Shown: in pieces, positions 36,492 through 46,700 of the stretch | Layout of the letters: every line of letters starts with the position of its first letter | Position numbering within the stretch: position 1 is the first letter of the stretch | Assembly: GCA_002368645.1 (NCBI GenBank) | Contig: DFEE01000032.1 | Coordinates: forward strand, 1,511-65,510 | Direction of reading: 5' to 3' | Origin: Bacteroidales bacterium UBA3810 | Lineage (GTDB): Bacteria; Bacteroidota; Bacteroidia; Bacteroidales; Paludibacteraceae | Length of the DNA: 64,000 nucleotides | The notes under the pieces: generated by a model | Database searches by the model: none | What the model saw: only the letters and a program-made list of their open reading frames with translations | Told to the model about the DNA's origin: nothing | Translations under genes and position numbers: made by a program

Positions 36492-37328
36492 TTATAATTT
36501 TGCCGTTAATGCCTCATAATACCGCGGTGATACTGGAATGGCTTTCTGTTGAGGTGCATCTAATTCCGCACTTATTGCACCTTCTTTGTCCTTGCGTAAT
36601 GCCTTGACATGAGTCGGGTTTATATAGTAAGAGCGCTGACAGCGGACAAAACCGTGTTTGACCATCAGTGGCTCTAATCCCGCCATTGAGGAACGTAATG
36701 AATACTCCTTGATTACAGAACCGTCAAGATATTTTATCAGCACATAGTTCTCTTGTGCCTCTATGTACAGTACTGCTGAGGAGGCAATCATGAACTTCAC
36801 TTGCTTCTGCGAATCTAAAAAACGCATTAGCGAATCATCCTCTACCGGCGTCAACTCTTTCTGTTCCGCATAAACAAGACCTAAGCCGATGGCTAAATAG
36901 GAATACAAGTTGACGGCGCCTAACATAACTAAAGTCTTACCCACAACCACATAAAACGGATAATCTGCTATATCGTGGTACATCAGGGTAATGTACATTG
37001 CCACAAATAGAGCCATTGTAATCAACTCCACTAATTGCCATAACACCCAAAAGCGAAAATGCGTTGCTGAACTATGAACGATTAACAGGTAAATACCCCG
37101 AGACACAATCATCACACCTAATATAATCAAGGTGATAATAGTCACATTAAACCCGTATGGATAATTATGTATCGTCAGGAATGAAACTAACCTTTCCGGC
37201 CTGTATAGTATCGTAAATCCCAAGAAGAAAAGAGGCACAATCACCACATACAACACTTGCGATGCGATATTCGTAAAGGCTGAATTTAATCCCAATTTAT
37301 GCTGGGACGAAAAATAATTGCTTGCCAT
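36492..37328 (-). CDS. membrane protein with C-terminal LytTR DNA-binding domain
   Basis: About five N-terminal TM helices. The C-terminal LYIEAQENYVLIKYLDGSVIKEYSLRSSMAGLEPLM...FVRCQRSYYINPTHV fits LytTR. Confidence 0.8.
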   Translation of the reverse strand: MASNYFSSQHKLGLNSAFTNIASQVLYVVIVPLFFLGFTILYRPERLVSFLTIHNYPYGFNVTIITLIILGVMIVSRGIYLLIVHSSATHFRFWVLWQLVELITMALFVAMYITLMYHDIADYPFYVVVGKTLVMLGAVNLYSYLAIGLGLVYAEQKELTPVEDDSLMRFLDSQKQVKFMIASSAVLYIEAQENYVLIKYLDGSVIKEYSLRSSMAGLEPLMVKHGFVRCQRSYYINPTHVKALRKDKEGAISAELDAPQQKAIPVSPRYYEALTAKL

Positions 37329-37471
37329 TTTGTCACTATATTTTGATTTTAATCCCTATATTCCTATTTTCATCAAAAATTATGCCACTATGTCACAGAA
37401 ATTTGGTCACATGACAAAAAAGCTGTAATTTTGCACCGTCTTACGACAAACATATTTTGATTATTAACTTT

Positions 37472-38158
37472 ATGAATGTGGTTATTCACTTAATGAACAA
37501 GACTATGTTAACAGTATTTGGAGATTCAATTATGAAAAAAGGCATCGTTGAGCGATGCGGAGAAAATTTAGGCATACGTACAACTAATTATGCGCGCATA
37601 GACGGAACCGCTGAAAAATGCGAAGAGTGGGTTGCCCGTTACGAACAACGATTAGGCCCGGACCATATTGTATTGATTGAGTTCGGCGGTAACGACAGTA
37701 ACTATGATTGGACGGCAATAGCAGCCGATCCGGAAGGAGAACATTATCCCCGAACCCGCATAGAGGACTTTAAAAACATTTATACGCGCATTATACAACA
37801 AGTGCGGAGCACAGGTGCTACACCGGTTGTACTGAGCCTGCCGCCTATTGATGCTGAACGTTACTTTAGGTATTTCAGCCATTTCTGGACTGATGACGAG
37901 AGGGAGAACGTGATGCATTGGCTGGGCGGCAGTACCAGTCATATTGTCGCGGGGCATGAGGAATATAATCGGGTAATCTACCGCCTTTCTGCCGAACAGG
38001 GAGTGCAATTGATTGACATCACTACCGAGCTTGCAACAGATAGAGAATATGTCAACTTCCTCTGCGAAGACGGTATTCACCCCAACGAGCGAGGGCAAGA
38101 GAAGATTGCTCAAATCATCTCACGCAACCTCAGTCGAGACGTAAAAGGTGTTGCATAA
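37472..38158 (+). CDS. SGNH/GDSL-family hydrolase
   Basis: Block I FGDS, block III GGND, block V DGIHPN. A -7 box TAATTTTG lies at 37426-37433. The start is uncertain: ATGs at 37472, 37493 and 37505 are all in frame. Confidence 0.75.
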   Translation: MNVVIHLMNKTMLTVFGDSIMKKGIVERCGENLGIRTTNYARIDGTAEKCEEWVARYEQRLGPDHIVLIEFGGNDSNYDWTAIAADPEGEHYPRTRIEDFKNIYTRIIQQVRSTGATPVVLSLPPIDAERYFRYFSHFWTDDERENVMHWLGGSTSHIVAGHEEYNRVIYRLSAEQGVQLIDITTELATDREYVNFLCEDGIHPNERGQEKIAQIISRNLSRDVKGVA

Positions 38159-38223
38159 TACCTGTTTTTACGTAAAAAATGAAAAAAATACAACATTTTC
38201 TTGCATATGTCAGGAAAATGTTG

Positions 38224-38231
38224 TACTTTTG
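38224..38231 (+). promoter_or_regulatory. -7 box TACTTTTG for rpsP
   Basis: TACTTTTG lies about 92 nt upstream of the rpsP ATG. Confidence 0.4.
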
Positions 38232-38322
38232 TCGGCTCTTTCGTGAAAAGAGCATACCATTAATTAATATTAACCCGGAGCATCGATTCGAGTAATCACA
38301 GCTCCATAAAACAACAAAACAA

Positions 38323-38886
38323 ATGGCAACAAAAATTCGTTTGGCTCGTCATGGCCACAAAGACTATGCTTACTACCACATTGTAGTAGCTGACAGCCGT
38401 TCACCACGTGACGGTAAGTACATTGAACGTATCGGTTCGTACAACCCGAACTTGAATCCTGCAGGTATCGACCTCAATTTTGAGCGCGCACTCTATTGGA
38501 TTGAAGTTGGTGCACAACCTACTGACACTGTACGCCACATCTTGAGCACCGAAGGAGTACTGCTCATGAAGCACCTCAAAGGTGGTATCGCGAAAGGCGC
38601 TTTCGATGAAGCTGCCGCCCAGAAGAAATTCGACGCTTGGAAAGCTGAGAAAGATGCTAAGAACGGCAAAATTAGCAAAGACGAAGCCAACAAAAAGCTT
38701 GAAGCTGCTAAGAAGCTCCACGCGCAAGAGGTAGAGACCAATAAGGCGAAAGCCGAGGCACTTGCCGCTAAGCGTAAAGCTGAAGCTGAAGCTCTCGCTG
38801 CTGCTGCCGTTGAGGCTGCTAAGGAAGCTGCTGCCGCTGAGGCAGAGGCTAATGGTGAGGCTCCCGCTGCTGAAGCAGAAGCGTAA
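38323..38886 (+). CDS. rpsP: 30S ribosomal protein S16 with long Ala/Lys/Glu-rich C-terminal extension
   Basis: The N-terminus starts [42 protein letters not shown]. The C-terminal roughly 90 aa are low-complexity A/K/E. Confidence 0.9.
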   Translation: MATKIRLARHGHKDYAYYHIVVADSRSPRDGKYIERIGSYNPNLNPAGIDLNFERALYWIEVGAQPTDTVRHILSTEGVLLMKHLKGGIAKGAFDEAAAQKKFDAWKAEKDAKNGKISKDEANKKLEAAKKLHAQEVETNKAKAEALAAKRKAEAEALAAAAVEAAKEAAAAEAEANGEAPAAEAEA

Positions 38887-38947
38887 ACTTGCAATGTGCC
38901 GATATACCGGATCTTCGTTATAACGGCATATTGGAAAATTACTGAGA

Positions 38948-38971
38948 AAGCGACCAAAAGTCGCTTTTTTT
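38948..38971 (+). terminator. rho-independent terminator after rpsP
   Basis: AGCGAC, then the loop CAAA, then GTCGCT followed by a T-run. Confidence 0.65.
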
Positions 38972-39013
38972 ATGCAAAAAAAAGAATTATTTGCATATAT
39001 GCAAAATTTGTAG

Positions 39014-39021
39014 TATCTTTG
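39014..39021 (+). promoter_or_regulatory. -7 box TATCTTTG for the polysaccharide operon
   Basis: TATCTTTG lies 20 nt upstream of the ATG at 39041. Confidence 0.45.
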
Positions 39022-39040
39022 CACGTTTATATTGCCTCAT

Positions 39041-40303
39041 ATGCAAATAGGACTAAATAAATATCTGCATGAGATTAAAGACACCTTGTGGCTTATTTTA
39101 CTGCAGGGATTGAATTATCTGATACCGCTTTTCATATGGCCGTATCTAATGGTGACTTTAGGTGCGGATGGGTTCGGAAGAATAAGCTTCGGGTTAACCG
39201 TTGCGCAATTGTTGATGTTGTTGGTGGACTTCGGCTTTAATTGGACGGCTACAAAGATAATCAGTCAAAATAAGGATAACCAACAAATCATTGATTATAC
39301 TTTTAGCACTACTATGGCGGCTAAACTTTGTTTATTAGCATGTAGTGCAATCATTTTGGGCGGTCTTATGTGTATGCCTAAGTTCGCTATATACCGTTGG
39401 GTATTACTGATATTCTTCATTATGGTATTAGGCAATACTTTTACCTATGTTTGGCTGTATCAGGGGTTCGGACACATTCGGGAAGTGTCTATTGTAACTG
39501 GAGTTATCAAAATCATGGTACTGCCCCTGACATTTATTTTTGTCCATGACATGGGAGATTTATGGAAAGCAGCCCTGATATTAAGTATTGTCCATCTCAT
39601 TAGTGGCGTTGTCATGACCATATGGACCAAGCACCGCCGTTGGGTACATTGGGTGGCGGTCGGCAGAAAAGATATCTTGGCGACTTGCAAAAATAGTTTT
39701 CCGATATTTCTTTCCAATGCCGTAGGAAGCGTCTATACCTTGTTATTCGTTTTCTTACTGACTTATTTCGCATCTCCTGTCGAAGTAGGGAAATATGCAG
39801 CAGTAGAAAAGATTATTCGTGCAGGGTGCTTCTGCTTGTTAACGCCGATTATACAGTCCTTTTATCCCAAAATAAGCCAAATGGCGATTGGTAGCAAACA
39901 AGAGGCTTGTCGATTAATTACCAAGATTATAATGGTGATTATACCTATTCTGGGAGTTTTTGGAGGATTATTGTTCTTTGCTTCGGATTGGCTGATGCAA
40001 TTATTGGGGAAGGATTATGAAGGAACTCAAGTGATTTTTAGAATTTTAGCATTTGTGCCTATCTTTATTGCGATGGGTGGAGTGACCGGCCAATTAGGAT
40101 TATTGGCTATCGGCAATGAACAGGATAAAAAATATTTTAGTAGAGTATATGTGTTTTCAGCATTCTTTGCCCTTGCAGGTATATTGGCATTATCCCAAGG
40201 ACTGAATGCAATACTCACAGCGTGGTTGTTATTTGCGGTGGAACTGATAACAATGTTAGTTATGTGCACATTATATTACAAGAGAATAGTAATCGCAGAA
40301 TGA
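39041..40303 (+). CDS. wzx: Wzx-type oligosaccharide flippase (MOP superfamily)
   Basis: About 12 TM helices. The N-terminal pattern LWLILLQGLNYLIPLFIWPYLMVTLGADGFG is typical of polysaccharide biosynthesis (Polysacc_synt) proteins. Confidence 0.8.
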   Translation: MQIGLNKYLHEIKDTLWLILLQGLNYLIPLFIWPYLMVTLGADGFGRISFGLTVAQLLMLLVDFGFNWTATKIISQNKDNQQIIDYTFSTTMAAKLCLLACSAIILGGLMCMPKFAIYRWVLLIFFIMVLGNTFTYVWLYQGFGHIREVSIVTGVIKIMVLPLTFIFVHDMGDLWKAALILSIVHLISGVVMTIWTKHRRWVHWVAVGRKDILATCKNSFPIFLSNAVGSVYTLLFVFLLTYFASPVEVGKYAAVEKIIRAGCFCLLTPIIQSFYPKISQMAIGSKQEACRLITKIIMVIIPILGVFGGLLFFASDWLMQLLGKDYEGTQVIFRILAFVPIFIAMGGVTGQLGLLAIGNEQDKKYFSRVYVFSAFFALAGILALSQGLNAILTAWLLFAVELITMLVMCTLYYKRIVIAE

Positions 40304-40313
40304 TGATATATCC

Positions 40314-41513
40314 ATGATTAGCCTTATTGTCATATGTCTCATTATCTTCATAGTAGGCTACTACTTCTCTAAGCGTGCAATTTTTTCTCCGGCTGTAGTG
40401 AGCAGTTTGCTATGGGGAGGGACGGTATTGTTATATCTCTTGCTTTATCGCGAATGTGCCTTGCCGATGCTGGGACATAAGTTCGTTATGGGGGCTGCCT
40501 TATGGATAATCTCCTTTGCCGTAGGTTCCTTATTACTGCAAACTACTAAGTTGAAACCAATCTACTCCGCCGAATGTAGTGGAAGTGTTATGAATTTTTT
40601 CTTTGCACTGAGTTTATGTTGTGTGCCTTTGCTGATAGAGCATTTAATGAGTGCGTTATCATCCGGATTGACTTCATCGTGGGCATATAATCTAAGATTG
40701 TCGGCTTTAGGTATGAATGAACAAGGTGAAGTTTACACGCCTATATACTACTATCTATGGGTGGCGACTTATATACTGTCCCTCATGAAAGCGGATAAGA
40801 AAACATGGTACCAGCCTGTTATCATGGGACTCTTGTTATTACTTTTTGCTGTGGTGATGATGGCAAAGCTAAATATATTGATATTCTTCGTGATAACATT
40901 GTTCTTGCTACACTACAAAGGAATCTTGAAGATTGGACAAATTGTGGTCGGTGGAGCATTAATGGTAGGGGTTATGATCTTGCTATTTGCTATAAGACAA
41001 GATTCTGATACTTCTGTGTTGGAGACTATTATTGACATGGTAGATATATATGCACTGCGTAGTTGTGCTGCGTTTGAAACATTGCTTCCTGCCTCATCGG
41101 CTCATTGGGGGGAGAATGTCTTCCGAATTGTCTATGCCATTAAATATAAATTAGGCTTCTCACCTATTGAACCGATCGAGACGATGTTACCTTGGATATC
41201 CGAACCGGCTGAGACGAATACCTATACTTGTATGTATCCCTTCTACAAGGATTTTGGATTTGCAGGAATTGCTATTTTCGGTTTCTTGGAAGGCGCAGTA
41301 TTAGGATGGCTCTTCCGTATGCACCAGAAAGGAAGTCAATATTGCACCGCGTTATATGCCTATCTATTCTATTGTGTTGTGATGCAGTTTGATAGCGAAT
41401 TGATGGTTACGATATTATCAGCGCATATCAAGTTTGCTATCATGATATGGCTACCCTTTGTGGTATCTCGGTATCATTTGTTGGATATCCGTCCTTTATC
41501 CCGTCTGAAATGA
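40314..41513 (+). CDS. wzy: Wzy-type O-antigen/oligosaccharide repeat-unit polymerase (polytopic membrane protein)
   Basis: About 10-11 TM helices with a larger loop, and no other motif. The call rests on position between wzx and the glycosyltransferases. Confidence 0.55.
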   Translation: MISLIVICLIIFIVGYYFSKRAIFSPAVVSSLLWGGTVLLYLLLYRECALPMLGHKFVMGAALWIISFAVGSLLLQTTKLKPIYSAECSGSVMNFFFALSLCCVPLLIEHLMSALSSGLTSSWAYNLRLSALGMNEQGEVYTPIYYYLWVATYILSLMKADKKTWYQPVIMGLLLLLFAVVMMAKLNILIFFVITLFLLHYKGILKIGQIVVGGALMVGVMILLFAIRQDSDTSVLETIIDMVDIYALRSCAAFETLLPASSAHWGENVFRIVYAIKYKLGFSPIEPIETMLPWISEPAETNTYTCMYPFYKDFGFAGIAIFGFLEGAVLGWLFRMHQKGSQYCTALYAYLFYCVVMQFDSELMVTILSAHIKFAIMIWLPFVVSRYHLLDIRPLSRLK

Positions 41514-42268
41514 GTGAATATTTATTCATATTAGTGCTATATCGTTGCACTTTAGAGCAATCTAAAGCGTGGCAAGGATTATCTGTTTTATTGGAAAAGG
41601 GTGAAATAGGTAGAGACAATATCTTTATTCGGGACAATACGGAGCGCAATATCTACTTAGCCGAAGCCTATAATAACGGTCTTATTGAAGCTCAGAAAAG
41701 GGGACTGAAAATGGTAGTCCTATTAGATCAAGATACTGTTCTTACTACATCTTATTTTGAGAAATTGTGCAGTTTAAAAGAGGATGATTCTGTTTGGGCT
41801 CCGACATTAGTTGCGCACTCAGGCGAGCAACTCTCACCCTACTATTATTCTGGCACTTGGGGACCGTGGTGGTCTAAACATAAGACGCCTGATAATAATG
41901 ATCTTCCGATGGTGTTTAACTCTTGTTTAGTGCTACCGTTGAGTGTCTGCCGCCTAATAGGAGGTTTCAACCGAAACTACCCTATGGATTATTTGGACTT
42001 TGATACGTGCCGCCGTTTGGTAAAAGCCGGAGTCGAACTTAAATCTTTAGGAGTAACATTAGAGCATAATCTGTCTATGGCAGATAAATCAAACTATGTC
42101 TCTAAAGAAAGGTATATCCTTTTCCTTTCTGCTGAAAAACAATACGCGGCCGATTTAGGCTGGCGAGCACAAATAGCCTATCGGCTTCGATTAGCGCTAC
42201 GAGCAATTAAATGGACTATTATCCGTCATCAATACTGGCAGGAAACATGGAAATCAATGTTTGTATAA
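41510..42268 (+). CDS. glycosyltransferase family 2-like (rhamnosyltransferase-like)
   Basis: The ATG at 41510 overlaps the wzy stop (ATGA). Starts FILVLYRC, contains RDNT and a LLDQDT (DxD) motif. Confidence 0.6.
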   Translation: MSEYLFILVLYRCTLEQSKAWQGLSVLLEKGEIGRDNIFIRDNTERNIYLAEAYNNGLIEAQKRGLKMVVLLDQDTVLTTSYFEKLCSLKEDDSVWAPTLVAHSGEQLSPYYYSGTWGPWWSKHKTPDNNDLPMVFNSCLVLPLSVCRLIGGFNRNYPMDYLDFDTCRRLVKAGVELKSLGVTLEHNLSMADKSNYVSKERYILFLSAEKQYAADLGWRAQIAYRLRLALRAIKWTIIRHQYWQETWKSMFV

Positions 42269-43089
42269 TACACTATAACTCACAAGACACCATTGTCTGC
42301 TTGGAGAGTTTAATGAGGCAAACTTGTCCCTGCCGCGTTGTGTTAGTCGATAACCACTCTACCGATGGCTCGATAACTCATTTGGAACAGTATATCGCGG
42401 ATAAAACAAATATTGTCTTACTTAAAGCACCCGTCAACGGAGGCTTTGCTGCAGGCAATAATCTCGCTCTCCGTTGGGCGAAAAAAAATACCCCGGACTC
42501 ATGGAATCTGCTGCTCAATAACGATACCTATCTTCCCGCTGATTTTATAGAAAAATTAACATCCGTAGCGAAAAAAAATCAAATAGAGACCAACTCCCTC
42601 TTTGCTTTAGGAGCGACAGAGTACAAATACGGGACAGAACAGAAGAACCATTCTGGAATCCATTATATCAGTTTGCCGACGGGGTTAGCTATGACACAAA
42701 CTGGGTGGCTGAGAAAACCGTATATCTGCGGTGCCTGCCTACTGCTCAATCCGGCAGCACCTCTTCTGAACGAAACGTATTTTCTCTATTTCGAGGATGC
42801 TGATTATGGAGAATTGCTCCGGCAACATGGCTATCAGCTGCTTACCACAGACGAAACCCATTACTACCATAAAGTTGGAGGTTCTACACGACTCAATCCA
42901 GATAAATTGCGCATTGAATATACAAGTTTATGGCATTTCTATGACCTGCATTATCCGAAGTGGAAACCTATAGTCAAGTTGTTTAGAGTGATAGAAAACG
43001 CTTTTCGCGGCAGATGGGAGGTCGTGAAGATTATTAAGGATACTTATAACCATAAAAATAATGAACCGAAATCAAGTTATACTCATTAA
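42247..43089 (+). CDS. glycosyltransferase family 2
   Basis: Starts MEINVCIIHYNS and contains VVLVDNHSTDGS, GFAAGNN and LLNNDT. Confidence 0.8.
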   Translation: MEINVCIIHYNSQDTIVCLESLMRQTCPCRVVLVDNHSTDGSITHLEQYIADKTNIVLLKAPVNGGFAAGNNLALRWAKKNTPDSWNLLLNNDTYLPADFIEKLTSVAKKNQIETNSLFALGATEYKYGTEQKNHSGIHYISLPTGLAMTQTGWLRKPYICGACLLLNPAAPLLNETYFLYFEDADYGELLRQHGYQLLTTDETHYYHKVGGSTRLNPDKLRIEYTSLWHFYDLHYPKWKPIVKLFRVIENAFRGRWEVVKIIKDTYNHKNNEPKSSYTH

Positions 43090-44107
43090 TGGTCGATTCT
43101 TATCGCAGCAGATGACTGGCGTTCATCGCTATGCCTATGAAATATGCTGTGCCCTTCACCAACAAGGGGTTCCGATTAAAGTCTTGGCTCCGGACTATAT
43201 TCAGGAACAATACCAATGCCCGTTTGAGGTCGTCAAGATTGGAGGAAAAGGATCACATTGGTGGGAACAAGTCACCCTCCCTCGTTATGTCAAAAAACAT
43301 TATGGAGGCCAACGACTGCTTTCCTTAACCGGACTTAGCCCGATTATCTATCCCCATAATATCTTGACCATCCATGATGTGTCCTATTTGGTTGAACCTA
43401 AGTGGTTTAGTAAGGCATATTACTACTTATATAAAATCCTAACCCCGATTGCCGCACGTAAAGCTGAAAAGATTATTACAGTTAGCGAGTTCTCAAAACA
43501 AGAGTTAGTCCGATACCTGCACTTGCCGGAGGAAAAAATAAATATCGTTTATTGTGGTGCTCGGAAATGGGAAAAAGCACCGGGGAAAATAGATGAGAAA
43601 TATATCTTATCGGTATGTTCCATGGATCCGCGCAAAAACCTTAAACGCCTTTTAGAAGCCTATTTGAAAGCCGACGTCGATTATAAACTCTACTTGGCGG
43701 GGGGTACCTATGCCGCCTTTGCAGACAATGATATTCAGCGCTATCGTCAAAACAAAAATATTGTCTTCTTGGGGTATGTAACCGATGATAGACTCCAATT
43801 GCTATATCGGTGTGCGGAGGCGTTTGTCAATGTGTCACTCTATGAGGGCTTTGGTATCCCGAATATAGAAGCAATGCAGCAAGGGACTCCGCTCTTGCTA
43901 TCGGACATCCCGGTATACCACGAGATTTGCTCTGAGGCGGCTCTCTATGTTGACCCTAATGATACAACGGCGATTAGTCGGGGTATTGAGCGTATTGTAA
44001 AGGACGAAGATTTACGCTCCCGACTAACGGAGAAGGGAGAATCTCTATATAAGAAATATAATTGGCCTACATCGGCAATACAAATAAAAGATTTATATGA
44101 AGACTAA
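43061..44107 (+). CDS. glycosyltransferase family 4 (GT-B, Glycos_transf_1)
   Basis: Contains EGFGIPNIEAMQQGTPLLLSDIPVYHEI (E-x7-E region). Confidence 0.85.
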   Translation: MNRNQVILINGRFLSQQMTGVHRYAYEICCALHQQGVPIKVLAPDYIQEQYQCPFEVVKIGGKGSHWWEQVTLPRYVKKHYGGQRLLSLTGLSPIIYPHNILTIHDVSYLVEPKWFSKAYYYLYKILTPIAARKAEKIITVSEFSKQELVRYLHLPEEKINIVYCGARKWEKAPGKIDEKYILSVCSMDPRKNLKRLLEAYLKADVDYKLYLAGGTYAAFADNDIQRYRQNKNIVFLGYVTDDRLQLLYRCAEAFVNVSLYEGFGIPNIEAMQQGTPLLLSDIPVYHEICSEAALYVDPNDTTAISRGIERIVKDEDLRSRLTEKGESLYKKYNWPTSAIQIKDLYED

Positions 44108-45206
44108 GAAGATAGCGCTGGTTGGCAATAGCGCATTAACCATGCTGAACTTCCGTTTAGGCGTTATGACCGAACTGAGCAAAACTTATGACGTAACGAT
44201 GATTACGCCTAAGGACTGCGATACCGCTATCCTCGCTAAACGTGGCATTCACTTTATCCCGATTGATGTGGATTGTAAGGGACTAAACCCGTTTAGAGAC
44301 CTTAATTTAGTTCATGTCCTAAATCGTATATACCGGCAAGAACACTTTGATTTTGTCTTCCATTATACCATTAAACCGATTATCTATGGTTCCTTTGTTG
44401 CTGGAAGAGCTGGTATTCCTTTTATATCCATTGTCACAGGATTAGGCTACTCCTTCATCCGGCGCAATTGGCTTTTTCATCTCTCCCGCTTGATGCATAA
44501 ATGGGCGCTGAAGAAAGCTGACTCGGTCTGGTTCCTCAATCAAGACGATTGTGATTCCTTTGTCAACTGGCATATCGTTGACAGAGACCATACACATGTC
44601 ATTCACGGCGAAGGTGTTAATACCGATTTGTTTACGGCGAAACCGAAAATGGACAATGTCTTTCGCTTCTTATTTTGCGGACGCATGCTACGTAGTAAAG
44701 GCGTTGAATTATATGTAGAAGCAGCAAGAAGACTGAAACACGAATATCCCGAAGTGGAGTTCCAGTTATTAGGCCCCCTTGATTCACCCAATCCTGATGC
44801 CATTACTCCAGAGGAAATAGAAACGTGGATTAAAGAAGGTTATGTGTCCTATTTGGGGGTTACTAAGGATGTTCGCCCATACCTTGAAAAGTGTTCTTGT
44901 ATGGTATTGCCATCCTATTATATGGAAGGCGTTCCACGCTCACTCATGGAGGCGGCCAGTATGGAACGCCCGATTATTACTACGGACTCTGTCGGCTGTA
45001 AAGAGGTCGTCGAAGATGGCGTTAATGGGTTCCTCTGTGTGAAACGAAACGTAGAGAGCCTCTACCAAGCGATGCATAAAATGCTCTCTTTAAGCGAGGA
45101 AGAATTAAATGCTATGGGCTCTAATGGCAGGAAATTAATGGTCGCTAAATTTGATGAGAAAATTATTCTCCAAGAATATGTTCAATATCTCAATCGTTCT
45201 ATATAA
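44097..45206 (+). CDS. glycosyltransferase family 4 (GT-B)
   Basis: Contains EGVPRSLMEAASMERPIITTDSVGCKEVVEDGVNGFL. Confidence 0.85.
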   Translation: MKTKKIALVGNSALTMLNFRLGVMTELSKTYDVTMITPKDCDTAILAKRGIHFIPIDVDCKGLNPFRDLNLVHVLNRIYRQEHFDFVFHYTIKPIIYGSFVAGRAGIPFISIVTGLGYSFIRRNWLFHLSRLMHKWALKKADSVWFLNQDDCDSFVNWHIVDRDHTHVIHGEGVNTDLFTAKPKMDNVFRFLFCGRMLRSKGVELYVEAARRLKHEYPEVEFQLLGPLDSPNPDAITPEEIETWIKEGYVSYLGVTKDVRPYLEKCSCMVLPSYYMEGVPRSLMEAASMERPIITTDSVGCKEVVEDGVNGFLCVKRNVESLYQAMHKMLSLSEEELNAMGSNGRKLMVAKFDEKIILQEYVQYLNRSI

Positions 45207-46011
45207 ACCCGACAAACTGCAAGTGATAAATCTTTTGGAGACGTTGCTTCAATCGCAATTTCTTCATAAAATTTATCTCATAGACAATTCTCCTAATCCG
45301 GTGGAGAATTGGCAGTTTTCATCGGACAAAATTGTTTATCAGTGGAACGATGGAAAGAACCTTGGCTATGGTGCAGCGCATAATATTGCCATTCGCGAAT
45401 CGGTATTTGATGATATTGCCTTCCACTTGGTGATGAATGCCGATATACTTGTTCGGCCTAAAGACCTTGATAAACTCAATCTTTTTATGCGGCAGAATTA
45501 TGAGGTGGGTTTGGTACAGCCTAAAATCCTCAATCCGGATGGCACGGTCCAGCATGTAGCCAAACTCTTGCCACGCCCTTGGGATGTGTTCGCACGCCGT
45601 TTTCTTCCCGCGGCTTGGACGCGGAAAAGCAATGAGCGATATGAACTGCAACGTAATAAAAAGGGACAATTAGTCAATGCCGATTACCACCTTTCCCTGA
45701 ATGTTCCTTATCTCAGCGGTTGCTTCATGTTTTTAAGAACCAAAGCGGTTCTTGAAGCGCATCTCTTTGATGAGAGGTACTTTATGTATCCCGAGGATAT
45801 AGACTTAACGCGTAGTATTCATCGAAACTTTTTAACGCTATTCCTGCCGAATATCACCATCGTTCATAATCATGAAAAAGGGTCTTACAAAAGCTTTAAG
45901 CTCCTATGGATTCACATTGTTAATATGTGCCGCTATTTCAATAAATACGGCTGGCTTTTTGATAAAGAACGCCGCGTAATTAACCGTAAAACAATAGACC
46001 AACTGCCATGA
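45178..46011 (+). CDS. glycosyltransferase family 2
   Basis: Starts MFNISIVLYKP and contains YLIDNSPN, GYGAAHN and MNADILV. Confidence 0.8.
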   Translation: MFNISIVLYKPDKLQVINLLETLLQSQFLHKIYLIDNSPNPVENWQFSSDKIVYQWNDGKNLGYGAAHNIAIRESVFDDIAFHLVMNADILVRPKDLDKLNLFMRQNYEVGLVQPKILNPDGTVQHVAKLLPRPWDVFARRFLPAAWTRKSNERYELQRNKKGQLVNADYHLSLNVPYLSGCFMFLRTKAVLEAHLFDERYFMYPEDIDLTRSIHRNFLTLFLPNITIVHNHEKGSYKSFKLLWIHIVNMCRYFNKYGWLFDKERRVINRKTIDQLP

Positions 46012-46700
46012 AACTTTTCCTTTTTGCTATCTACTATGTCCTCTGTTTAGGAAATTCCTTTACTTACTTTCACGATTGTCCGGCTATGTTGACAGAAATA
46101 GCCGCTTCACAAGGCGATTCCCTTGTTGTGCGTGCCGAGACAGTGGGCGGATATTCTTTTTACCGTCACCTGCATGACCTCAACTCCATTAGTGCCATCG
46201 AGGCACGTGCATATGACTATGTCTTCTTGCAAGACCAGAGTCAAGCCGCTGCGCGCTATGCCTCTGACCGTAAACGGTATCGTCAGTTGCTACAAGACGC
46301 ATGGGATCTTGTCCGCCGAATTCGTATATACAGCCCCGATGCCCATATCTTTATAGAGCGTACGTGGGCGTATAAGGGCAATAATAATGGGGGATTTGAG
46401 TCTTTGGAAACATTCGACAGGCTCCTCGCTGACGGAACACGACAAGTTACCCGCAAAACCCGGACATCGCTTTCACCTATCGGAGAAGCGTTTATGATAT
46501 GTCGCTGGGAACGCTCGGATATTAACCTCTTTGAAGAGGACCTTAAACACCAAACAGCTTATGGCTCCTATCTGAAGTCATGCATCAACTACCTTGAGAT
46601 GGTGCAGCGACCGTTTGTGGAAAATGCTCCAACTCTTGATTTAGACGAGGAAAAATGTGCATATCTTCGAAACTTAGCTGAGCGGGTTGTGTTGCAATGA
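46008..46700 (+). CDS. SGNH-hydrolase-like protein (DUF4886-like), possible polysaccharide esterase
   Basis: Contains LGNSFTY (block I-like G-N-S), YDYVFLQDQSQ and DLKHQTAYGSYL (DxxH-like block V). ATGA overlap with the previous gene. Confidence 0.55.
   Translation: MKLFLFAIYYVLCLGNSFTYFHDCPAMLTEIAASQGDSLVVRAETVGGYSFYRHLHDLNSISAIEARAYDYVFLQDQSQAAARYASDRKRYRQLLQDAWDLVRRIRIYSPDAHIFIERTWAYKGNNNGGFESLETFDRLLADGTRQVTRKTRTSLSPIGEAFMICRWERSDINLFEEDLKHQTAYGSYLKSCINYLEMVQRPFVENAPTLDLDEEKCAYLRNLAERVVLQ

Noticed and set aside
38401-39024. 207-aa and 154-aa minus-strand ORFs opposite rpsP
   Set aside because: They are antisense to a confidently identified ribosomal protein gene. They arise from its Ala/Lys/Glu low-complexity tail and give Ser/Leu/Ala low-complexity translations.
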